A stretch of DNA of 24,037 nucleotides from a virus (Duplodnaviria > Caudoviricetes): IMG/VR virus record IMGVR_UViG_3300027968_000018, positions 1 to 24,037 of that record. One strand, written 5' to 3'. The position numbers and the translations under genes were made by a program. A model generated the notes under the pieces. The model saw only the letters and a program-made list of their open reading frames with translations. It was not told where the DNA came from and searched no databases. This document shows, piece after piece, positions 7,707-14,744 of the stretch. Position 1 is the first letter of the stretch; the number at the start of each line of letters is the position of its first letter.

Positions 7707-8804
7707 TTATGCTTGATAAATGAGTGAAGCATATCGACGATTGGCTTCTTCTGTTGCTTCAATACAATAAGACTGATCTGGCATAAATTCAAAGAATTTG
7801 GTTCCTTTAAAGCTGCTAAATTTGTTTTTACCAAACTTAACTTCTAACACAGGTTGCTTTTCTTCTTTATCCTCATGCAGCCAATAAACAGAAGCATTCT
7901 CTTCTTTTACACCGACTTCATTGTAACAAAGGCAGATTAAGTTTGCTTCATACTGTAAAGTAATCGTGTCTTTTAAGTCGTCAACTGTTGGCCGGCGCCC
8001 GTTGGTTTTACGCAAATGAGCGGTGCACATGACAATCGCATTATATTTAACGGTCCAGTCTTTGATCGCTTTTGCTACATATTCGTTCCTGGCATCATTA
8101 TTATTGAATTGTTTACTATTGACTGTAATATCATTAAAGGAGTCAATCGCAACTACAATTTTAGTGCCTTCAGGAACCGTCATTAAAATATTTTCAATGT
8201 GCTCCTCGATTTGTTCAAGAGACGTCATATCATTGCCATCAAACATGCCGAATTTGTTAATGTGCCGGTAAAGATTTTTCAACCCTTCATTTCTCTTTTC
8301 TATGATTTCAGTTTCTTCTACAAATCGTTCAGGATTCTTAGCTTGTGCAATGGTGATCTGTTGATCACAAGCAATATATCGAGGCATGAGCTCATTGTTA
8401 CTATCATCAAGTGAATGATATGAAACATACACATTATCATTTCGTTCGGCAATATTTTTGCATACTTGCAGCATAATAGCTGATTTACCGGTATTCGGAG
8501 CGCCGGACCATAGAATAAGACCAGGCTGCAAGCCGCCTTCTAATACATTGTTTATTTGTTCAAATCCTGTATCTAATCCACCCCTTGAACCACGAGACCA
8601 AGAATAGGTATCTACTTTTTGGATATTATAAAGCATCCTTTGTTCAATCATTGTTAAGGGGCGTTGTAATAAAGCTTCTTGATTGATAACTTGAATCTTA
8701 TTCGGGTTGGATTGATCCGATATAAAGACTCCTTCATCTGATCTTAATTGGGCTTCCGTTTGTTTCATGATTTCAGCAAAATTAAATGTATCATTAAAAT
8801 TCAT
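7707..8804 (-). CDS. DnaB-like (SF4) replicative helicase, essentially the C-terminal ATPase domain
   Basis: GLDTGF, Walker A GAPNTGKS, YHSLDD (SLEM position), Walker B VAIDS, TAHLRK, RRPTVDDLK, FGKNK. Start set at ATG 8804 after GAGAGGGAG. Confidence 0.88.
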   Translation of the reverse strand: MNFNDTFNFAEIMKQTEAQLRSDEGVFISDQSNPNKIQVINQEALLQRPLTMIEQRMLYNIQKVDTYSWSRGSRGGLDTGFEQINNVLEGGLQPGLILWSGAPNTGKSAIMLQVCKNIAERNDNVYVSYHSLDDSNNELMPRYIACDQQITIAQAKNPERFVEETEIIEKRNEGLKNLYRHINKFGMFDGNDMTSLEQIEEHIENILMTVPEGTKIVVAIDSFNDITVNSKQFNNNDARNEYVAKAIKDWTVKYNAIVMCTAHLRKTNGRRPTVDDLKDTITLQYEANLICLCYNEVGVKEENASVYWLHEDKEEKQPVLEVKFGKNKFSSFKGTKFFEFMPDQSYCIEATEEANRRYASLIYQA

Positions 8805-8828
8805 GTTTCTGCTCCCTCTCTTTCCTGC

Positions 8829-8881
8829 CATGCAGAATCAACGAGAATTCATTGACTTTGCATGAGAGAAAAGTCTCTCAT
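8829..8881 (-). other. Two abutting RNA hairpins in the helicase leader
   Basis: ATGAGAGA-CTTT-TCTCTCAT (8881-8862) overlaps a 16-bp stem with two G-U pairs and one mismatch (8864-8829). Confidence 0.55.
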
Positions 8882-8906
8882 TTCTTATATGGTCATAATC
8901 TGTTGC

Positions 8907-9254
8907 TTAACAACATCCAGCATCTGGGAAAACGAATATTCTTGGTTTTTCCTCATTCTTCAGCTCGTAAACAACAACATCTTTCCATTCAGCATCCTTT
9001 ATTTCTATAAATTCTTCATTTAAAATTAATTCTTTTACATGTTCTTCATCCTTGGCGATAACTATCAATCCACCTCCTGCATGAAAATTTTCGGAAACTT
9101 GCTCAAGATATTGGAAAACGAACATTTTCATTTTTAATTCCCTCTTTTGTGTGTATGATTCATCATGTTTTTTCTGTATCCATATAGCAACGTAAAATGA
9201 TATTGGAATGACAATTGAAAAGAATATCAATACGTATCTTATTTTCTCAATCAT
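8907..9254 (-). CDS. Phage hypothetical protein; probable second or true start at 9131
   Basis: N-terminal hydrophobic segment, then an internal AAGAGGG RBS before MKMFVF...FHAGGGLIVIA...VFPDAGCC. Confidence 0.7.
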   Translation of the reverse strand: MIEKIRYVLIFFSIVIPISFYVAIWIQKKHDESYTQKRELKMKMFVFQYLEQVSENFHAGGGLIVIAKDEEHVKELILNEEFIEIKDAEWKDVVVYELKNEEKPRIFVFPDAGCC

Positions 9255-9283
9255 TTACATCTATCCATCTCAATACCTTTTAA

Positions 9284-10363
9284 TTAGCTATTTCCTTTTT
9301 TAAATAATGGGCACTCTTCTAAAGAACAAACACCGCTTAATCGTTTGAAAGTTTCACATCCATAACGATATTGTCCGTTGTAAACTGAATGAACAATCGT
9401 TTCAATTTCACGCTGCTTTAATGCAGGCTGGCAATTTTCTTCTCCCCATTGGATTAAACGTGCTAATGCTTCTTCCCTATCCATACCCTTTTGGAAAAAG
9501 AAACTAGCTAATGCAGTGGCAGAATTGTTTCGCTCGTCAACTGTTTCTTTAAAAGTTTTCTCAAGCATGGTCTTGATGCAAAGTGGTATTTCTTTCAATT
9601 CCAACATTTTGCCCGAGAATACTTTGGTTCGATTAACAGATTCCGTCCATTTTTGAATATACTTGTTTAGAGCAACTTTGGCTCTTGGTGATGGAATGAC
9701 GGCCGGCGGCTTGATCCATCTAGGTTCTTTCGACATATCTCGTATTTCGCTCAATGACTTATGACATATCTCATCATATGTCAGAGGTATCTTGTAGCGT
9801 CCACCTTTTTTGTTAAAGGAATTGATCATACGGAACATTCGCTTATCATCATAAACACGCGAATCAAGTGTTCCAAATGTAGTATACCGTGATATATTTA
9901 ATGCTATTTCTTTATAGATTTGATTTAATGCCGGATGGGGCTCTACCCCCAATACTCTTGCATCTACTGTTAAATGAATGCCTTTATATCCAGAAAAGAA
10001 AATATTAATTTGATTTAGTTCGATCGCAAGGATGATTTTTAAGTAACGGATAGCCATTTGAACATCAGAGCGAATTTTTTCAAAGTCCTCGTCATTTTCA
10101 AGTGGATAATCGAAATCCAAATATAAATCTCCGTATTTTAAAGAGTCACGAGCATTAATCATCCATTTACCTTTTTCATTTTGAAACCAGATGGGATTAA
10201 TATAGCGCATAACGGTTTCATAGACACCGATATTCGAATGATAGTAACGAAACTGGTCTGTATATGCAGGATGCATATAATGTTTTCGAGTGAATGGAAA
10301 ACGTGCAGAATTAGTATCTGCACCGCATTCCACCCACACCTGAACATTCTCGGTTACATTCAT
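9284..10363 (-). CDS. AEP-superfamily primase with C-terminal PriCT/PriL-like helical domain
   Basis: Motif I LYLDFD, motif II FSGYKGIH, D..VYD.KRMFRM; ERNNSATALA (PriCT-like); Cys set PLC...YGC...CSLEEC. Confidence 0.88.
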   Translation of the reverse strand: MNVTENVQVWVECGADTNSARFPFTRKHYMHPAYTDQFRYYHSNIGVYETVMRYINPIWFQNEKGKWMINARDSLKYGDLYLDFDYPLENDEDFEKIRSDVQMAIRYLKIILAIELNQINIFFSGYKGIHLTVDARVLGVEPHPALNQIYKEIALNISRYTTFGTLDSRVYDDKRMFRMINSFNKKGGRYKIPLTYDEICHKSLSEIRDMSKEPRWIKPPAVIPSPRAKVALNKYIQKWTESVNRTKVFSGKMLELKEIPLCIKTMLEKTFKETVDERNNSATALASFFFQKGMDREEALARLIQWGEENCQPALKQREIETIVHSVYNGQYRYGCETFKRLSGVCSLEECPLFKKGNS

Positions 10364-10366
10364 TCA

Positions 10367-11038
10367 CTATTCCCTCTTTGCAATGACACGATTGATTCCC
10401 GCTAATTGATGGACATTCTTTTTTCCTTCCATGAAAATTCGGGCATCCTCCATATATCTTTCCAAGTCAAAGACATTACGTAATGGCATTTGTTGTTTTT
10501 GAGCTCTCATGGACTTGGATACATCAATGGCAAATAGTAGTTCATCTACAGTATAAAACCCAAGCAAATAGTTAAATTTGCCTTCGTCTTGCCTTAACAT
10601 GGAACTATTAGGCTTGACACCATTATGCTCATACCAGTAAGCAAGTAGATCTTGCATAGTAAAACGTTTCTTCATTTCTAAATAGAAAGATTGTTCTTCC
10701 CTAACTGGTTTTCCTTCGATCATTTTAATTTTGACTGGGGGTGGCACTTCCCGTAGTGCATTATGATAATAAAACATTTCTGGATCAATTAAGTTATTAG
10801 GTGGTTGTTTATTGCCAATAATCTCATCTAAATGATAAATATTTGGAATGATTTGCGGATAGGTTTTACTAAATTCTGAGATTTCATCTTGCAAGTCTTT
10901 GATGGTCCATCCTATCTGCATAAATCGCTCTATGGAATTTATCGCATTTTTTATTCGATTTTCTACACCGGCTGTTGCCTTAACAACATGGAGAACAAAC
11001 CATTCTGCTAATTGTATTTTTTCATCCAATATAAACAC
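10367..11038 (-). CDS. Hypothetical replication-module protein (possible initiator or loader)
   Basis: Sits tightly between the annealing-protein and primase genes; LLGFYTVDELLFAID is weakly reminiscent of DnaD-type helices. Confidence 0.7.
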   Translation of the reverse strand: MFILDEKIQLAEWFVLHVVKATAGVENRIKNAINSIERFMQIGWTIKDLQDEISEFSKTYPQIIPNIYHLDEIIGNKQPPNNLIDPEMFYYHNALREVPPPVKIKMIEGKPVREEQSFYLEMKKRFTMQDLLAYWYEHNGVKPNSSMLRQDEGKFNYLLGFYTVDELLFAIDVSKSMRAQKQQMPLRNVFDLERYMEDARIFMEGKKNVHQLAGINRVIAKRE

Positions 11039-11041
11039 TTC

Positions 11042-12164
11042 CTATACAGTGAATTTTTCTAAATGATCATTAAAGTCTTTTAAAAGTTCCGGTTTTAAGT
11101 CACTGAAGGTAGCTTTGTCATTTTTTAAGAAGTCACGAATATATTGGGTGAATTGTGCATCATCTTTAATCCCCAACCGTGCTTTATGCTGATGAGTGCG
11201 CTGAATCTCTGCTTGATCCCAAGTAACAGGCACATAGCTTTTTTCTGGTTTTTTTGATTCATCTTGGACCACCGGAGCACCTACTGGTTGAGCTTGAAAT
11301 TCTTGAGGTTGTGCATCCTTCTGAGGTTCAGCATTTCCTTGTGGCTGCGCTTGAAAAGGCTGCTGCTGCGCTTGTGCGTTCATATTACGTTGATTCCAAG
11401 CAGCCGCTTCTGGTGTTCCTTCATTGTGCGGATTAAATGGATATTCATCATCAGAAAGTGTTATATCTTGTTGAATATTGAATGGCTCCGATTGTCCATT
11501 TTGATAATTTACTGATGGATTTTCAAAATATCCATTATTGCCTGGGATACCCCCAAGAGGATTGACTTTGATCTTGGAATGATTGATGATTAAATCCTTG
11601 TTGCCATTGTTGCATTGGCTGCTGATAATAATTTGCTGATGGATCAAATGACGGCTGTTGAACAAATGCATAATTTGGATCTTGTTGCATTTGATTGTAT
11701 TGATCATCATCATCCATTTGCACTTTAATTTTAGAGTAAACTGCTTCGCCTATTCCGAACAATGAAGCCGATTTTTTAAAACAATCAGAGGCTGCTGCTT
11801 TATAGGCAGAATTTTGATTGTCCTTACCGCCTATAGCCACCTTGCTCCCATATTGCTCACGATAGCCAATTCCTGCGATAAAGATCCCGCCGCGGACATG
11901 ATAAACATATCCATCAAAAACCCATGAATTGGTTTGTTTATTAAACTTGTAAACTTCTTCTCTCCATTGTTCTTTAATATAAAAATCCCAATATGTAATC
12001 CCGTCTGTAGCACTTTCTAAAATTTGACGAACTGTATTATGACCAAGAACATTGTTTCCTTTTGCATCTTTCTCTAGCCACTCATCTTTACATTCTCTTA
12101 ATTTCTTACGTACTTCTGAAAGTAGGGCCATTTCCGGCAAGTATTTGTCAATCACTTGAATCAT
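11042..12164 (-). CDS. Rad52/Rad22-like (Sak) single-strand annealing protein, long form joined by a +1 frameshift near 11544 (predicted 373 aa)
   Basis: The Q/N/P-rich linker continues from the end of ORF 11535..12164 into the +1 frame (GNNGYFENPS...), followed by a helical C-terminal domain. The first ~50 aa of track ORF 11042..11713 look off-frame and have no RBS. Confidence 0.7.
11535..12164 (-). CDS. Rad52/Rad22-like single-strand annealing protein, unshifted short form (209 aa)
   Basis: GGAGG RBS; VRQIL...WDF...REQYG...AYKAAASDCFKKSASLFGIGEAVY matches the Rad52/22 K.A.SDA.KRA...GIG..LY signature. Confidence 0.85.
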   Translation of the reverse strand: MIQVIDKYLPEMALLSEVRKKLRECKDEWLEKDAKGNNVLGHNTVRQILESATDGITYWDFYIKEQWREEVYKFNKQTNSWVFDGYVYHVRGGIFIAGIGYREQYGSKVAIGGKDNQNSAYKAAASDCFKKSASLFGIGEAVYSKIKVQMDDDDQYNQMQQDPNYAFVQQPSFDPSANYYQQPMQQWQQGFNHQSFQDQSQSSWGYPRQ

Positions 12165-12232
12165 ATGTATTCCTCCGATTATGAGATAATTTTTATTTTA
12201 AATTTGAAAACATCAGGATGCAAGTTTTAATA

Positions 12233-12246
12233 CGTAACACGTTACG
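12233..12246. promoter_or_regulatory. Palindromic operator-like site GTAAC-N2-GTTAC (copy 2)
   Basis: CGTAACACGTTACG; the core starts 13 nt downstream of the -10 of the replication-operon promoter. Confidence 0.7.
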
Positions 12247-12258
12247 CAATACATTTTC

Positions 12259-12287
12259 ATTATAATAGAGCTTTAAGGAGAAATCAA
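12259..12287 (-). promoter_or_regulatory. Sigma-A-type promoter of the replication/recombination operon
   Basis: TTGATT (12287-12282), 17-nt spacer, TATAAT (12264-12259). Confidence 0.78.
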
Positions 12288-12289
12288 GA

Positions 12290-12346
12290 GAAAAACAGAA
12301 AAAACACAAAAAATTCAGAGTGTTTCTGTAATTTCTTGTGTTTTTT
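12290..12346 (-). terminator. Intrinsic terminator-like hairpin after the holin-like gene
   Basis: Minus strand AAAACACAAGAAATT-A-CAGA-AACAC-TCTG-AATTTTTTGTGTTTT followed by further T runs. Confidence 0.6.
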
Positions 12347-12356
12347 AATTGACTGT

Positions 12357-12665
12357 TTATTTATCTTTTTCTTGTTCTGGTTGATCTTCTTTTTTCTTAT
12401 GCTTAAAATGACCAATTAAATTATAAAAGTCTACAATTATATCAACAGATGCTCCTGCAAGTGATTCTACAAAAGCATATGGCACTTTAATTGGAAAGAA
12501 TGAATTGGTTGTGTCATATACCATTTTAACAGAATCTAATACTGCTTTTTTCTTTTCCTCACCGTTGCCAGCACTTTCAAAAGTTTGAACCAGTGTATTA
12601 ACTAATTGAATGACGGATGGTGCTAGAATAATATATTGAATAATTTTCAAAGGAACTCCAAACAT
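12357..12665 (-). CDS. Putative holin (LL-H-like) / small membrane-associated protein
   Basis: Hydrophobic N-terminus, GNGEEKKKAV motif, VDIIVDFYN and a charged tail; adjacent to the XhlA-like gene. Confidence 0.55.
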   Translation of the reverse strand: MFGVPLKIIQYIILAPSVIQLVNTLVQTFESAGNGEEKKKAVLDSVKMVYDTTNSFFPIKVPYAFVESLAGASVDIIVDFYNLIGHFKHKKKEDQPEQEKDK

Positions 12666-12690
12666 GTTTATTCTCCTTTTCTATTTATAT

Positions 12691-12963
12691 TTATTGAAAT
12701 TTAAAAAAGTAACCAATGATCCCGGCTGCAATTGTTCCAATGATTAAACGCAAAATCCAAGTGGTATTACTATCAATTTTTCTTAGTCGTTCAATACCAC
12801 TATGAATATCACGCTCATTGAGGGAAGTCCGTCTTTGCAGATCATTGATTTCGCGACGAAATTCTTTATTTTCTTCTCGCAATTCTTTGATATCATAGTT
12901 TTGGTTTTCAATATCTTTTTTCATTGACTCAATGGTTTCAATGCGGATTTCCATGATGCTCAC
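12691..12963 (-). CDS. XhlA-like (hemolysin XhlA family) membrane protein
   Basis: Coiled coil followed by KIDSNTTWILRLIIGTIAAGIIGYF, a C-terminal transmembrane helix typical of XhlA. Confidence 0.8.
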   Translation of the reverse strand: MSIMEIRIETIESMKKDIENQNYDIKELREENKEFRREINDLQRRTSLNERDIHSGIERLRKIDSNTTWILRLIIGTIAAGIIGYFFKFQ

Positions 12964-12975
12964 AACCTTTCTGCA

Positions 12976-14214
12976 TTAACGTGAATAATTCAGCCTTACA
13001 GCATGCAAGCATGGATTGACACTATTGTAAGGCATAAGCTTGGTTTTTACCCATAGAGTTTTTGCTGATTGTCCAGCCCATTCAGAATTGGCGATCGGTG
13101 TTAATACACCATTTTCTGTTTCTTTGAGTATTTCATATTCAAAGACTCTGCCTTCTAAAAGATAATCAAGATTTTGATCAATCCCAAATGTAGACCGGTT
13201 TAAAAAAATATGCTCTACGGATTCAATATTATATAATCCATTCATCTCGAATGGCGTTAAAATGATTCCACCTCCTGGTTCAAATAATGACAGATACACC
13301 CCTATTTCTTGCGCCCCAAGCACGAATACTTTTTTTCCGTTTATGTCTAATGGGTTTGTTTGTACAAGTGTAATGCGTATTTGTTGCACAGGCATATCAG
13401 AAAAAAACCATTTCTTGCGGGGAGATAAATCATTACTGTTAATAATCGCAACATCTTCTTGCAAGAATCCAGGAATGGTTTGCCAAGCATTTTGATAATT
13501 GATCTCGACATTTTTTATTTGAACACCACGTTCTGGATGCGGGTGTATCTGAATACAATTGATATTTAGATTATTTACAAGATGTGAAGGTAAGCTTATT
13601 TCCAAAATTACATCTTCATTATCTGGGCATTCTGAAACATTATAAGAAACAGTACGTTGCCAAAATGAATCATTGTCCCCATTAAATGCATTTAAGATAT
13701 TATTATCTTCAACCGTCCCCTTTGTATTTGAGCGGCTGATATTGACATTTAGTTCAGAAGGAATAACAATTTCGTTTGTTTTTTCGTTTACCACATGCGT
13801 TTTTGGAATTTGATGAATGAGTGGTAGAGTTGCATATCGATATTGTAAATCGATATCTGCACGCAAACTGGTATCTCCATTTTCTTGAGATGGATTCGGA
13901 TAGTGAGTCCTCATATCTTGAACAAATTTGGTTTTGAAAAAGGTTGTATCATATCCTCCTGATGCTTCCATGCTTTCAAGCTGACTTTCCAAAGTGGCCA
14001 CTTTATTTTCCAGCATTGCAACATAATTTTGAAGTGCAGTATGTTCTGCCAAAATAATCTGGTGTGCTTCTGTAAGATCTTGCAAGTTTTGATTGCTTTG
14101 TTTATATAACTCAATCAAGTCTGAATACTTATCATCTTCATTTACATTGTAATCATGTGAAGAAGTTGGGCCACGAAATTTCGCTCCCCCACCTTTGCTA
14201 ATAGGTATTCTCAT
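12976..14214 (-). CDS. Putative virion structural protein (paralogue 5; coiled coil plus discoidin-like domain)
   Basis: FRGPTSSHDYN...DLIELY, coiled coil, NILNAFNGDNDSFW, LGAQEIGVY, C-terminal LWVKTKL...NPCLHAVRL. Confidence 0.7.
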   Translation of the reverse strand: MRIPISKGGGAKFRGPTSSHDYNVNEDDKYSDLIELYKQSNQNLQDLTEAHQIILAEHTALQNYVAMLENKVATLESQLESMEASGGYDTTFFKTKFVQDMRTHYPNPSQENGDTSLRADIDLQYRYATLPLIHQIPKTHVVNEKTNEIVIPSELNVNISRSNTKGTVEDNNILNAFNGDNDSFWQRTVSYNVSECPDNEDVILEISLPSHLVNNLNINCIQIHPHPERGVQIKNVEINYQNAWQTIPGFLQEDVAIINSNDLSPRKKWFFSDMPVQQIRITLVQTNPLDINGKKVFVLGAQEIGVYLSLFEPGGGIILTPFEMNGLYNIESVEHIFLNRSTFGIDQNLDYLLEGRVFEYEILKETENGVLTPIANSEWAGQSAKTLWVKTKLMPYNSVNPCLHAVRLNYSR

Positions 14215-14734
14215 AAGATTGTCTTTTCCTTTCTATTTCTCCTAATCGTTCATCTATCATTTGTAATTTAAGTTTAAGATCATAAAGCCCTGTCATATTC
14301 GATTGTGATAATGTTGTCGTGATCACATAAGAAATCTGACAAGTGCCATTAACTGGTTTATTCAGAATAAGATATCCATTAGACAATGTATAATCTGAAT
14401 TAAGATTTAATGTGGCTCCATTTAATTTTACAACAATATTCGAAAATGAGCTTTTAGGCATACCAGGGATAATCGGGTAATTAGACTGTTTTTCATTGGT
14501 TTCAAATGTTTTTTCTTGAGCATACGTAATATTTACGGGATTAGGAGATTTTTCATTATGAAACCAGGAAGCTGTTAATTCATTTTGAGTCTTGGTGAGT
14601 TGATCAATATCTACATAATTCATATGAATGTCATATACTTGTTCTTGATGGCTTAAAAGATATTTTTCTGATTCTCTTTGTCCCCTGTACCGGGCATTTC
14701 GTTTCATGATACTAGGAAATTTATATTTATCCAT
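14198..14734 (-). CDS. Putative virion structural protein (short paralogue 4)
   Basis: RYRGQRESEKY...DIHMNY; small beta module VVKLNGATL...DYTLSNGYLILNKP...ISY of the kind seen in phage tail/baseplate proteins. Confidence 0.7.
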   Translation of the reverse strand: MDKYKFPSIMKRNARYRGQRESEKYLLSHQEQVYDIHMNYVDIDQLTKTQNELTASWFHNEKSPNPVNITYAQEKTFETNEKQSNYPIIPGMPKSSFSNIVVKLNGATLNLNSDYTLSNGYLILNKPVNGTCQISYVITTTLSQSNMTGLYDLKLKLQMIDERLGEIERKRQSYENTY

Positions 14735-14744
14735 TCCAAATTCC

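Noticed and set aside
11280-11375. FQAQP repeated twice and Q-runs as a tandem repeat locus
   Set aside because: Low-complexity linker coding; too short and irregular to call an array.
11042-11713. Track ORF of 223 aa as an independent gene
   Set aside because: No RBS; its ATG ATG ATG start is the off-frame reading of GAT GAT GAT (DDDD) codons. It is better explained as the +1 continuation of the annealing-protein gene.
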